Shown here piece by piece: positions 38,303 to 47,572 of a stretch of DNA of 64,000 nucleotides. The DNA comes from Candidatus Latescibacterota bacterium (GTDB lineage: Bacteria; Latescibacterota; UBA2968; UBA8231): the NCBI GenBank assembly GCA_964291625.2, contig OZ220089.1, forward strand, positions 3,104,001 to 3,168,000, read 5' to 3'. The first letter of the stretch is position 1. Each line of letters starts with the position of its first letter. The position numbers and the translations under genes were made by a program. A model generated the notes under the pieces. It was not told the origin of the DNA and ran no database searches. It worked only from the letters and a program-made list of their open reading frames with translations.

Positions 38303-40734
38303 GGCTTGCCTCCGGCGTTGCGGAAGAGGTCGGGTGTGCCGCCCAGGGCCACCTCCACGTCCAGGTCGCAGACCTGGCCGATGGTGCGGACGATGGGGCG
38401 GATCTGCTTCTCGATATAGTGGTCGTAGTCGATGGGCGCGCTCAAGCGGCCGGCGGGCTGCGGCCCGTCGCGGGTGACGAGGTAGCGGATCGTGCCCCGC
38501 GGCTCCGGCAGCAGGCGCGCCGCGGCCACGTGGGCGGGAACGGTGCGGGTGTAGCCCTCCACCGACTTGCGCAAGGCCTTGCGGTAGACGAGGTCCTCGT
38601 CCCGTTCCCCCCGGCGCACCTCGTCCACCCAGACCAGCACCCGCTCCTCCAGGTCGGCGGCGGGGGCGTCGTGGAAGACCCGCTCCAGCAGGTCGCGCTG
38701 CACCTCGTGGGCCAGGTCGGTCCAGTCGCGGCGCACCGCCTCCATGCCGATGATCTCCACCTCCTCGGACCCGCCGGCGGCGACTTTGAGGCCGGCGTAG
38801 CCCTTGGCGCGCCCGCGCTCGGCGTCGCCGCGCATCGGCGGCAGGAAGAAGCGGGCGTAGTACTTCTCGAACTCCAGGTCGAGGTAGGAGGGCAGGTCGA
38901 AGCGCTCGCGCACGTGGTCGGCCAGCCGCTCGTTGAGCCAGCCGCACAGGCCGCGTCCCTGCTCGTGGGCATCGGCGGCAGTGAGGTCCTCGGGCAGGTG
39001 GGGGTCGACGAAGAGGGAGTCGGTGTCGCCGTAGAGCACGGTCCCGCGGCCGCTCTCCTCGAGCAGGGCCTTGGTCCAGCGCAGCAGGTAGTGGCCGAAG
39101 CCGGTGATGGCGCCGGCCAGGGCGCCCTCGGCGAAGCGGCACGAGCCGGTGGCCAGGACCCCGTAGAAGGAGTTCATCACGATCTTGCAGGTGAAGGCGG
39201 CCAGCTCGTCGCCGGCGGCCCGGGCCCGGGCGCGCTCCTCGAAGAAGCCGGCCAGCATCTCGGGCAGGATCCCCGGGCGGCGGGTGAAGAGGGCGCCGTT
39301 CGGGGCGCGCAGCAGCTCTCCCGTCACCCCGGGACCGTCCTGAGAGCCCCCGGCCCCGGGGCTGGAGCCGCGAGCCTCCAGGTGGGTCAGGGGGTCGATG
39401 TTGAAGGTGCGGATGATCGAGGGGTACAGGCTCTTGAAGTCGAAGACGAAGACGTGCCGGTAGAGCCCCGCGCGGCTGGCCATGACCAAGCCCCCCGGCG
39501 AGCCCTCCTGGTTCACGCGGTCGACGCCGGTGGTGGGGGCAACCATGCGGCGCTCCCGCAGGCCGGTGAGGTAGAGGAAATCGAAGGCGGCCACCGAGCC
39601 CCAGGCGCGCTCCAGGGGCAGGCCGGTGAGGCAGGCCCGCCGCAGGCTGAGGCGCACGAGGTCCTGGCGCAGCAGGATGTCGCGCACCAGCCGCGAGTCC
39701 TCGAGGCAGTACCCGGCGAAGGCGGCGCGGTCTTCGCGGAAGGCGGCCAGGATCCGGTCGGGCATGGAGTCGCCCTCGCCGGCCTCGAAGGTCTTGCCCC
39801 GGCCGAGGAGGGCGAGGGCCACCGTGTGCAGGCGGTTGTCCTCGAAGCGCTGCAGGGTGGCCCGCACGAGGTGCATGGCGTCGAGGACCTGGCGCCCGTA
39901 CACGACGACGCGGCTGCCGCCCCAGACGTCGCCCTCCTGGTACCACGACTCGTCGGTGGAGCGGCCCAGGTTGAAGGGCACGCCGTGGGTCCGGCACAGC
40001 GTCTGGAGCACCGTGAGGTCGAAGTCGACGAGGTTCCAGCCGGTGAGCACGTCCGGGTCCAGCTCGCGGACCCTCGCCAGCAGTCCGGTGAGCAAGTCGG
40101 CCTCGGTGGCGTGGCAGCGCACCTCGGCGGGGTCCCCGGCGGCGGGCTCCCCGGCCAGGTGGATCTCCTCCACCTCCTCGCCGCCGCCGCCCCAGGCCAC
40201 GAGGGAGCAGGCCAGCAGGCGGCCGGCGTCGGGGGTGGTCTCGATGTCGAGGGCCAGCAATCTGAGATCTGGCTCCCAGTCGCCGGGCCCCACCTCTGGA
40301 TCGACGTAGACCCGGTCGACACCGTTGCCGGGACGCCAGGACCCGCCGATGCGCAGGGGGCCGCGCACCCCGCGGGCCACGAGCCACTGCCGCGGGAAGG
40401 AGACGTCGGCCTCGTAGGTGCGCAGCTTGTGCTCGTGGAGCCCCTCGGCCAGCCGGCGCAGCTGCCGGGGCTGGCGCAGGCCGACGCGCACCACGGACTC
40501 GCCGTCCATGGTGGTCAGACCCGTGCCGGCGTTCAGCTCGGCGCCGACGCCGAGGCAGAAGGGCCGCGCCTTGGACAGCTCGGACTGGCGCAGGTAGAAG
40601 GAGGGCAGGAGGCGGCTGTCGGCGAAGGCGAAGGTCGGTCCCGACTCCAGGCGGCCCACCCCGAACAGGACGGGCCGGCCGTTCTGCTGGCGGTGGAAGA
40701 GGTGCAGGAGGAAGCCGCTCTCGGGACCGCTCAT
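38299..40734 (-). CDS. polB: DNA polymerase II (family B)
   Basis: Exo LDIET, GWNLVDFD, YCLED; Pol DFKSLYPS, KIVMNSFYG, YGDTDS. Confidence 0.92.
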   Translation of the reverse strand: MSGPESGFLLHLFHRQQNGRPVLFGVGRLESGPTFAFADSRLLPSFYLRQSELSKARPFCLGVGAELNAGTGLTTMDGESVVRVGLRQPRQLRRLAEGLHEHKLRTYEADVSFPRQWLVARGVRGPLRIGGSWRPGNGVDRVYVDPEVGPGDWEPDLRLLALDIETTPDAGRLLACSLVAWGGGGEEVEEIHLAGEPAAGDPAEVRCHATEADLLTGLLARVRELDPDVLTGWNLVDFDLTVLQTLCRTHGVPFNLGRSTDESWYQEGDVWGGSRVVVYGRQVLDAMHLVRATLQRFEDNRLHTVALALLGRGKTFEAGEGDSMPDRILAAFREDRAAFAGYCLEDSRLVRDILLRQDLVRLSLRRACLTGLPLERAWGSVAAFDFLYLTGLRERRMVAPTTGVDRVNQEGSPGGLVMASRAGLYRHVFVFDFKSLYPSIIRTFNIDPLTHLEARGSSPGAGGSQDGPGVTGELLRAPNGALFTRRPGILPEMLAGFFEERARARAAGDELAAFTCKIVMNSFYGVLATGSCRFAEGALAGAITGFGHYLLRWTKALLEESGRGTVLYGDTDSLFVDPHLPEDLTAADAHEQGRGLCGWLNERLADHVRERFDLPSYLDLEFEKYYARFFLPPMRGDAERGRAKGYAGLKVAAGGSEEVEIIGMEAVRRDWTDLAHEVQRDLLERVFHDAPAADLEERVLVWVDEVRRGERDEDLVYRKALRKSVEGYTRTVPAHVAAARLLPEPRGTIRYLVTRDGPQPAGRLSAPIDYDHYIEKQIRPIVRTIGQVCDLDVEVALGGTPDLFRNAGGKP

Positions 40735-40873
40735 CGTCCCTATTGTAGCCGGGACCCCTGAGCCGCGGCAATCGGCGGGCCCCGCATTTGCCCGCCCCGA
40801 GGCCGGGGCGCTAAGATGCCCGCCCGCCGCCCCCCGGCGGCCTCACCCGCAATTCCCGAGGAGGCCTGGACCC

Positions 40874-41707
40874 GTGATCATCGACTGCCACACCCACGCC
40901 TGGGAGCACTGGCCCTACGAGCCGCAGGTGCCCAACCCGGAGAGCCACGGCCGGGTGGAGAAGCTGCTGTGGGAGATGGACCGCAACGGCGTCGACCACG
41001 CCGTGCTGGTCTGCGCCAACCTCGACCACAACCCCCGCAACAACGAGTACGGCGCCGAGTCGGCGAAACGCTACCCCGACCGCATCACCAGCTTCGCCGA
41101 CGTCGACTGCTCCTGGTCGCCCACCTACCACACCCCGGGCGCCGCCGCCCGCCTAGCCGAGACCGCGGACCGCCTCGAGCTCAAGGGCTTCACCCACTAC
41201 CTCACGGACGACTACGACTGGCTCGAGTCCGACGAGGGCCTGGCCTTCTTCGCCACCGCCGCCGAACGCGGCCTCATCGCCAGCCTCGCCTTCGGCGCCC
41301 CCTGGCACCCCCACGTGCGCAAGCTCGCCCGCCGCTTCCCGGAGTTGGTCATCCTCGGCCACCACATGGCCGGCACCCGGGCCTCGGAGAAGCCCCCCTA
41401 TCAAGACTTCGAGGAAGTCCTCAAGTCGGCGGAGGTGCCGAACATCCACCTCAAGCTGTCCGGCTTCGCCTACGTCTCCCAGGTCGACTGGGAGTACCCC
41501 TACTCCGACACGATGTGGATGGTCCGCAAGCTCTACGAGCGCTACGGCCCGGAGCGCCTGTGCTGGGCCTCCGACTACCCGCCGGTTTTGTGGTACATGA
41601 CCTACCAGCAGTCGCTGGAGGCGGTGCGGACGCACTGCGACTTCATCCCGGAGGGGGATCAGGAGCTGATCCTGGGTGGGAATATGGAGGGGCTGCTGGG
41701 GTTGTGA
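40874..41707 (+). CDS. Amidohydrolase_2 family protein
   Basis: IIDCHTH, HHM, KLSG, WASDYP, ILGGN. Confidence 0.88.
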   Translation: MIIDCHTHAWEHWPYEPQVPNPESHGRVEKLLWEMDRNGVDHAVLVCANLDHNPRNNEYGAESAKRYPDRITSFADVDCSWSPTYHTPGAAARLAETADRLELKGFTHYLTDDYDWLESDEGLAFFATAAERGLIASLAFGAPWHPHVRKLARRFPELVILGHHMAGTRASEKPPYQDFEEVLKSAEVPNIHLKLSGFAYVSQVDWEYPYSDTMWMVRKLYERYGPERLCWASDYPPVLWYMTYQQSLEAVRTHCDFIPEGDQELILGGNMEGLLGL

Positions 41708-41787
41708 GGGGACTTCGGAATACTGTTCTGCTGGGGCTATGGCGAACTCTCTCGCGGAGCCTCAGCGCCACATGACAGGGTCAACCG

Positions 41788-42429
41788 CTAGTTGCCTGCC
41801 TCTTCCTCGCTCCAGTCGGTTGGAGGCCACGCCTCGATCTCCTGGCCCATGGCACGCACCAAGACCCCGAAGGAACCGGTCAGCTTCCGAAAGGATCGGC
41901 TCCGGCGGTAGGCATCCGGCAACGAGAACCTGGCACTGAAGGCCGGCTGATCCGTGCGCTCCAAGTAGCTGGAGCCAGCCTGCATCCAGCCTTCCAGCTG
42001 CTCCTTTGCGCCAAGAGGACCTTCGGGATCCGGATGAGGTCGTGCGTCATCCCTGATCCCGCGATGTCCGCGTAACGACTCGAGGGCGGCCAGGAACCAG
42101 GCTTCGTATTCCCGATGGGCGAGGACGACACCACAGGGTATGCCGCCGGCTGCAGAAGCTGCCCAGGCTTGCACGGCCGGGCCCAGCTCGGCGGGGCAGT
42201 CCGAGTTGCCGTCGAACAGAATCAGGACCGCGCCACAGTCCGGTTGCAGCAGTGCCAGCCTTACCGCTCGCATCACTTCGGTTTCTCGCACAAGCTCATT
42301 GCGGCGTCGCCGGATCGGCCTTCCGATGCCGACATTCCAGGCTTGAGCCTCGTCGACCAGCCGGCGCAGCAGTACCGGAAAGGCCTCCACGTCTCCGTGA
42401 CCCTCCACGATAGGCTGAATCATCGCCAT
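41788..42429 (-). CDS. DUF4276 family protein (TOPRIM-like)
   Basis: IVEGHGD, DGNSDCP, EYEAWFLA, SRSFRK. Confidence 0.8.
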   Translation of the reverse strand: MAMIQPIVEGHGDVEAFPVLLRRLVDEAQAWNVGIGRPIRRRRNELVRETEVMRAVRLALLQPDCGAVLILFDGNSDCPAELGPAVQAWAASAAGGIPCGVVLAHREYEAWFLAALESLRGHRGIRDDARPHPDPEGPLGAKEQLEGWMQAGSSYLERTDQPAFSARFSLPDAYRRSRSFRKLTGSFGVLVRAMGQEIEAWPPTDWSEEEAGN

Positions 42430-43643
42430 GGCAGTTCTTCCTCGAACAGCCGGTACTGGCCCGGATCCTGATCGGAAAGCGTGGCGGGGGTCAGGGCGTT
42501 CGAGCGGAGCAACTCCCCCGCTCCCATCAGATGTTCCCCAAGGGCCGCCCGAGTTGCCGGGGAGACCTGGCTGACCCTGGTCGCCCCCTGCTGGCAGGTG
42601 GCGATCCGGAGGTGGTAGTCCTCGATCCAGTCTGCATCGAGGATATCCGGGCTGTGTGTTGTAACCACCACCTGCATGGAACGTCCCGCGTGGCGTAGCA
42701 GATCGAGGACCGCTCCGAGAGCACCTGGATGTATGGTGGCCTCCGGTTCTTCAATCACGAGGAGCGAGGGCGTGGGCTGCTGGAAGACTGCGGCGAGCAA
42801 CCCCACCACACGGAGGGTGCCGTCGGACATGTTGTAGGCCTCGAACTTCACTGGCTCCGACTGCTCCCAGTCCTGGGCGAACTCCAACGTCAGCTTGCTG
42901 CCCAGTTTCTTGGTCTGGAGGCCCACGGTCCCGGGGACGATGCTTGCCAGGAGCTCCAGGATTCGCGGCCAATCATCAGGAGATAGTCGCTGGATCTCGC
43001 GCAGCACACTGGCGGCGTTGCTGCCATCCGCACGCAGGCGAGCTCCGCTGTCCGGATCCTGCAGGTCTCGGAGCATCGCCGGCTCGATCTGGTACACCTG
43101 CATTCCTACCAGGAATCGCCACACCGCCTGGAACCGGGCGTCGCCCGCCACCAGGGGTAGCGCCAAGGCGCCAGGTTCCATGACCGGCTCCAGGGAGTCT
43201 GCAGTGCTCGTCCAGTCTATTGAAGTGCGCTTCGGGGACGTGGAGCGATCGAACCAATCTGTCGATCCATCCGACTTCTTCACGACACACTGCTCGCGCA
43301 CTACCTCGAAGCGGTGGCCCTTCAGGGCGCGCAGCTCGAACCCGTATCGTGCCCGGGAGGTATCGGGGTCTGGGTTCTTCAACTGAACGGCCAGACCCAG
43401 ATTCGATGGGCGTCCTCTCGCGGAACTTCGATGGGCAACCGTGGCCAATCCGCCGCGATGCTCGAGGACGGCCTGCAAGGGCGAAACCATGGCCTCCACG
43501 AGGAAGGCGAAGGCGTCGGCGAAGTTGCTCTTTCCGGAGCCGTTCTGACCGACGAGGAAGGTCGGGTTGGCGAATTCCACCTGCTCCGACCGGAGGCTGC
43601 GGAAACGCTGCAATACCAACCGGCTCAGGACGGGTTCGGGCAT
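42420..43643 (-). CDS. AAA_21/ABC-type (SMC-like) ATPase
   Basis: GQNGSGKSN Walker A, MSDGT signature, IEEPE..IHP Walker B, TTHSP. Confidence 0.9.
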   Translation of the reverse strand: MPEPVLSRLVLQRFRSLRSEQVEFANPTFLVGQNGSGKSNFADAFAFLVEAMVSPLQAVLEHRGGLATVAHRSSARGRPSNLGLAVQLKNPDPDTSRARYGFELRALKGHRFEVVREQCVVKKSDGSTDWFDRSTSPKRTSIDWTSTADSLEPVMEPGALALPLVAGDARFQAVWRFLVGMQVYQIEPAMLRDLQDPDSGARLRADGSNAASVLREIQRLSPDDWPRILELLASIVPGTVGLQTKKLGSKLTLEFAQDWEQSEPVKFEAYNMSDGTLRVVGLLAAVFQQPTPSLLVIEEPEATIHPGALGAVLDLLRHAGRSMQVVVTTHSPDILDADWIEDYHLRIATCQQGATRVSQVSPATRAALGEHLMGAGELLRSNALTPATLSDQDPGQYRLFEEELPWR

Positions 43644-43652
43644 GGCCTCCGC

Positions 43653-43785
43653 CTACTCTGGACTGAGCGACTTCCCGGAGTTCACGACTCCAGCCGCGCC
43701 GCCCTTCCTGGTCACGCAGACAGGATCACACTGGGCAGCCTTCAGCAGTCGGACGAATCGGTCGCGGGCTTCCCAGGCGGGATGA
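43653..43785 (-). pseudogene. Degenerate Phd/YefM antitoxin remnant
   Basis: Reads AWEARDRFVRLLKAAQCDPVCVTRKG vs AREAKNRFGRLLDAAQSGPVCVTKKG in 44747..44998; no valid start, early stop. Confidence 0.75.
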
Positions 43786-43814
43786 CTCTACTCGCTAACA
43801 GAACTTACGGTCTC

Positions 43815-44327
43815 TCAAGCCCCCGCGAACCCCTCCACGTCCACGTCGATGACCAGTCCCCGCTCGTCGTCGAAGTCGACCTCGACGGAGTGGGTCTGGT
43901 AGTCCTGGTCGCCGCGGGCCGTGTGGTAGACCTCGGTCCCCTCCAGGCAGATGGGCATGGTGTGCCACACCTCCAGCCCCAGGCAGACGCCGAGTCGGCC
44001 GTCGGAGTGGAAGGCGCGCAGGTCCTCGGGGTTCAGGCTCGGGCCGGGCGCGGCCACGAGAAAGACGGTGGGACAGTGCCGCGTAGGGTAGAAGGACTGG
44101 CCGGCGTCGTCGTGGCAGGCGAAGTGGGCGCGCAGCCGGCCCTCGGACAGGGAGAGCTTCTCCGGCGGCGGGTCCGAGACATCCGCGGTCACCGTGTAGT
44201 GGTTCTCCGTGAGGCCGCCGATCCGCACTTCCGGCCGGGTCTCGTCGAAGGTCCTGATGACGCTCCCGAAGGGCGCGAAGGCCTCGGGCGTGAGGGGCTC
44301 GACGGGGACCTTGTGGATCTTCAGCAT
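43815..44327 (-). CDS. Ureidoglycolate lyase-like cupin
   Basis: EPLTPEAFAPFG, H...QSF.P, LRAF, VWH. Confidence 0.7.
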   Translation of the reverse strand: MLKIHKVPVEPLTPEAFAPFGSVIRTFDETRPEVRIGGLTENHYTVTADVSDPPPEKLSLSEGRLRAHFACHDDAGQSFYPTRHCPTVFLVAAPGPSLNPEDLRAFHSDGRLGVCLGLEVWHTMPICLEGTEVYHTARGDQDYQTHSVEVDFDDERGLVIDVDVEGFAGA

Positions 44328-44339
44328 GGGTAGACTCTC
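44292..44339. repeat. Direct repeat copy A (5' end of ureidoglycolate-lyase gene)
   Basis: gaggggctcgacggggaccttgtggatcttcagcatgggtagactctc, matches 45038..45083. Confidence 0.85.
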
Positions 44340-44757
44340 ATCGAGGTATCGATCCCAGGAAGTCGGTTGGACTCAGGATCGGAATGTCCTGAAAGGGGGA
44401 CATGACCCGGAGATCCTGATCTCCCGTGACGATGCAGTCCGCCTCTCCCATGATCGCGGTTTCGAGCAGCTTGTCGTCTTCGGGGTCTCGGCATCCGAGC
44501 TTGGTGCCCATGATCGGCACCCACTCCGAGACGGCTTCGAGCTGGGCCAGGTAGACGGATCTGGCGGGCCGACCGACATAGGGGTCGAACTTCGGAGACC
44601 GGAGCCGCGTTCGCAGTTCGTGGAAGGTCTCGTCGGAGAAGAGCAGCACCCCGTTCCGCGCTCGCATCGCATCCACTACCTGGCGTGGCGAACCGCTCGG
44701 TCGAAGTGCAGCGCTGATGAGGACGTTCGTATCGAGAACGACGCGCTCAGCTCTCAT
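44338..44757 (-). CDS. PIN-family TA toxin
   Basis: VVLDTNVLISA, CRDPEDDKLLE, VTGDQDL. Confidence 0.9.
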   Translation of the reverse strand: MRAERVVLDTNVLISAALRPSGSPRQVVDAMRARNGVLLFSDETFHELRTRLRSPKFDPYVGRPARSVYLAQLEAVSEWVPIMGTKLGCRDPEDDKLLETAIMGEADCIVTGDQDLRVMSPFQDIPILSPTDFLGSIPR

Positions 44758-44998
44758 CAGCGAGGAGTGCTTCGAGCCCGGCGTCGGTCAATCCGCGGGC
44801 GCCCGCTTCGGCTCCCAGGCTGTCCATGGTCGCCGTCAAGCGCTCCCACGCGGCTCCGCGCAACCGCTCGTACTGCTCCATGGACATCATCACGCTGACC
44901 GCGCGGCCTTTCTTGGTCACGCAGACAGGGCCGCTCTGGGCGGCGTCGAGGAGACGGCCGAATCGGTTCTTGGCTTCTCTTGCAGCGATCTCTTTCAT
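44747..44998 (-). CDS. Phd/YefM family antitoxin
   Basis: AREAKNRFGRLLDAAQ.GPV.VTKKGR; overlaps toxin start. Confidence 0.9.
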   Translation of the reverse strand: MKEIAAREAKNRFGRLLDAAQSGPVCVTKKGRAVSVMMSMEQYERLRGAAWERLTATMDSLGAEAGARGLTDAGLEALLADES

Positions 44999-45015
44999 AT
45001 AGCCATAGTAGCTAT
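44999..45015. promoter_or_regulatory. Probable Phd operator palindrome
   Basis: ATAGC-catagta-GCTAT directly upstream of the antitoxin ATG. Confidence 0.45.
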
Positions 45016-45037
45016 TTCAGCTTGCCCGGCCAAGGCA

Positions 45038-45083
45038 GAGGGGCTCGACGGGGACCTTGAAGATCTCCAGCATGGGGACTCTC
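45038..45083. repeat. Direct repeat copy B (abortive duplicate gene start MLEIFKVPVEPL...stop)
   Basis: gaggggctcgacggggaccttgaagatctccagcatggggactctc; first 22 bp identical to copy A. Confidence 0.85.
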
Positions 45084-45133
45084 GGTCGGGGGGATGTCGC
45101 TGCGACGCGCTTGCGGCGGGCGTCTGCCGGGGC

Positions 45134-45844
45134 TCAGCGGCCCCGGTTCCGCCGCCACTCCTCGAACTCGCGTTGCCCCTCCTCGTCGAGGGGGTACGTC
45201 CCGTGGAGGGGGGCGCCGGCGCGGATCCTCTCGGTGATGAACTCCTCCTTCAGCTCCTGCGCCTCGGCCTCGGCGGCCACCTCCTCGGCCAGGTGGGCGG
45301 GGATCGCCACCACGCCTTCGCCGTCGCCGATGATCACGTCGCCGGGGAAGACGGCCACCCCTCCGCAGGCCACGGGCACCTGGATCTCGCTCGGGTAGTG
45401 GATGGTCTTGTTCGTGTGGGCGTTCATGGCGCGGGCGTAGGCCGGGAAGCCGCTGGCGGCGATGGCGGGGCTGTCGCGGTAGGCGCCGTCGGTGACCACC
45501 CCCGCGGCGCCGAGGCGGGCCATCCTCGCGGCCAGGATCGATCCCATGGTGCCGGCCCGGGTGTCGCCGCGGGCGTCGATGACGAGCACGTCCGCCGGCT
45601 GCATCTGCTCGATGCCGACCCGCTGCTTGTCGGTGAGGTTGTCCATGGGCACGTCCACGAGGTCCTCCCGCGCCGGGATGTAGCGCAGGGTGAAGGCGGG
45701 ACCCGCCATGCTCGTGTCGGGCCGCAGGGGCGCCACCTCGTGGAGGAAGGTGTTGCCGAGGCCGTGGCCCTTCAGCACCGAGGTCAGGGTCGCCGTGCTC
45801 GGGACCCGCAGGCGGTCGAGGGTCTGTTGCGTGACCTGCGCCAT
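45134..45844 (-). CDS. RraA/HMG aldolase family protein
   Basis: MAGPAFTLRYIPARED, VVTDGAYRD, VFPGDVIIGDGEGVVAIP. Confidence 0.85.
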   Translation of the reverse strand: MAQVTQQTLDRLRVPSTATLTSVLKGHGLGNTFLHEVAPLRPDTSMAGPAFTLRYIPAREDLVDVPMDNLTDKQRVGIEQMQPADVLVIDARGDTRAGTMGSILAARMARLGAAGVVTDGAYRDSPAIAASGFPAYARAMNAHTNKTIHYPSEIQVPVACGGVAVFPGDVIIGDGEGVVAIPAHLAEEVAAEAEAQELKEEFITERIRAGAPLHGTYPLDEEGQREFEEWRRNRGR

Positions 45845-46899
45845 CAGCGGATGCGGCCCCGGGCCTCGACGGGCCACACGGCTTCCACCCGGTCGCCGCG
45901 CACGGCGGCGATCTCGTCGTGCTCGTTGAAGGTCGGGCACGGGTGGACGGGGATGATCTCCAGGCGCTCGCCGATCCGGGGCTTCGGGTCGCATCGGGAG
46001 ACGTCCAGGTGGCCGTGCTCCTCGGAGGCGCCCGACAGCCGCGCCTCGGGGTACTCGACGACATGGCCCAGGAGGCCGCCGCGCTCGTCGTGGTGCACGG
46101 CCAGGCTCAGGGACTTGCCGCCGGCGTCGAGGATGGCGCGGTCGGCGCCGGGCCGGCTGACCACGGTGGTGAGCACCCGTCCGGCGCACTGCTCCACCGT
46201 GTGGGTGCCCACCTGCAGGTGCTTCATGCCTCCCACGGGATACTCGCCGGCGCGGTGCTCGGTCAGCTCCGGGACCTCGTGGGCCGTCCACATGCAGGGG
46301 GAGGCGCCGCCGCTGACGATGGGGTGGGGCAGGCCCCGGGCGTCGAGGCCGCTGAGCACCGCCTGCAGCAGGGGCCGGCAGGACGGCGGCGACGGCATGA
46401 TCATGATGCCGCGCAGGTCCAGGCCCGGCAGGGAATCGATGAGGGCCGCCATGTCGGCGATGGCGGCGGGGGTCCCCACCCCGGTGCGTCCCTGGTCCAC
46501 CTCGACGACGACGCCCACGCGGGTCCCGGAAGCGGTCATCGCCTCGGACAGCCCCCGCGCGGTGTACTCCGAGTCGGCGGCCACCGTCAGCCGCGTCCGC
46601 GGCGCCAGGGCGGCGAGCCGCTCCAGCTTGATCCTCCCCACGATGTTGTAGGGGATGAGGACGTCGCGGTCGACGCCGCCGTCGACCATGACCTCGGCCT
46701 CGCCGAGCTTCTGGCAGACGATGCCCATGGCGCCGCGGTCCATCTGCATGCGCGAGATGGCCAGGCACTTGTGGGTCTTGATGTGGGGCCGCAGGCCGAC
46801 ATGGTGCTCGTCGCAGTAGGCCTGGGCGCGGTCGAGGTTCTCCTCCAGGGCGTCGAGGTGGACGAGCAGGAAGGGGGTGTCGAGGTCGTCGATGTGCAT
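45844..46899 (-). CDS. D-threonine aldolase/DSD1-family PLP enzyme
   Basis: LDTP, LRPHIKTHK, LDAGGK, SEEHG, PVHPCPT. Confidence 0.88.
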   Translation of the reverse strand: MHIDDLDTPFLLVHLDALEENLDRAQAYCDEHHVGLRPHIKTHKCLAISRMQMDRGAMGIVCQKLGEAEVMVDGGVDRDVLIPYNIVGRIKLERLAALAPRTRLTVAADSEYTARGLSEAMTASGTRVGVVVEVDQGRTGVGTPAAIADMAALIDSLPGLDLRGIMIMPSPPSCRPLLQAVLSGLDARGLPHPIVSGGASPCMWTAHEVPELTEHRAGEYPVGGMKHLQVGTHTVEQCAGRVLTTVVSRPGADRAILDAGGKSLSLAVHHDERGGLLGHVVEYPEARLSGASEEHGHLDVSRCDPKPRIGERLEIIPVHPCPTFNEHDEIAAVRGDRVEAVWPVEARGRIR

Positions 46900-46999
46900 G
46901 GGCTCTCCGGCTGAAAGGGGCGCTCACGATAGACCGGCCCGGCTCGAACCGTCAAGGCGGCTCTTGCCGGCGGCGGACCCGTCCCCCTAGCATGGCGCC

Positions 47000-47572
47000 A
47001 TGCCCATGGACCTGAAGCCTGGCGAGCCCGCCGCCTTCCTCTGCGCCGTCATGGCCCGCGGCGCCGAGGCCGTGAACGAGGCCGTGGCCGCCCTGGCCAT
47101 GCGCTTCGGAGCGGTCCGGGCCCGCAGCCCGGTCTGGGCCTTCGACATGAGCGGCTACTACGAGGCCGAGATGGGGCCGGGGCTGGCGAAGGGCCTCGTG
47201 TGGCTCGGCGATCCCGTCGACCCGGAGCGACTCGCCGGGCGCAAGCGGCAGACTCTAACCTTCGAGCGGGAGCGCGCCGTGGAGGGCGCCGGGGGCGACC
47301 TGCGGCGCACGGTGAACGTCGACCCGGGACTGCTCTCGGAGGAGAGCCTGGTGCTGGCCACCACCAAGGCCAGCGGCCACCGCGTGGCCATCGGGACGGG
47401 CCTGTGGGCCGAGGTGACCCTGCGCTTTGAGCGGGGCGAGTACCGGCCGCTGCCGTGGACCTACCCGGACTACCGACAACCGGAGGTGGGGGAGTTCCTG
47501 CTGGGGGTGCGGCGGCGGCTGCGGGAGCTGCGCCGGGCGCGCGGCGCGGGCGCTACGGGTGGGGCGCCATGA
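47000..47572 (+). CDS. DUF4416 family protein
   Basis: YYEAEMG, RTVNVDPG, LATTK...HR, PWTYPDY. Confidence 0.85.
   Translation: MPMDLKPGEPAAFLCAVMARGAEAVNEAVAALAMRFGAVRARSPVWAFDMSGYYEAEMGPGLAKGLVWLGDPVDPERLAGRKRQTLTFERERAVEGAGGDLRRTVNVDPGLLSEESLVLATTKASGHRVAIGTGLWAEVTLRFERGEYRPLPWTYPDYRQPEVGEFLLGVRRRLRELRRARGAGATGGAP

Noticed and set aside
38299-40734. Family B polymerase as a sign of a phage, casposon or pipolin
   Set aside because: Looks like cellular Pol II with host-like codon usage; no cas1, integrase, terminal repeats or virion genes nearby
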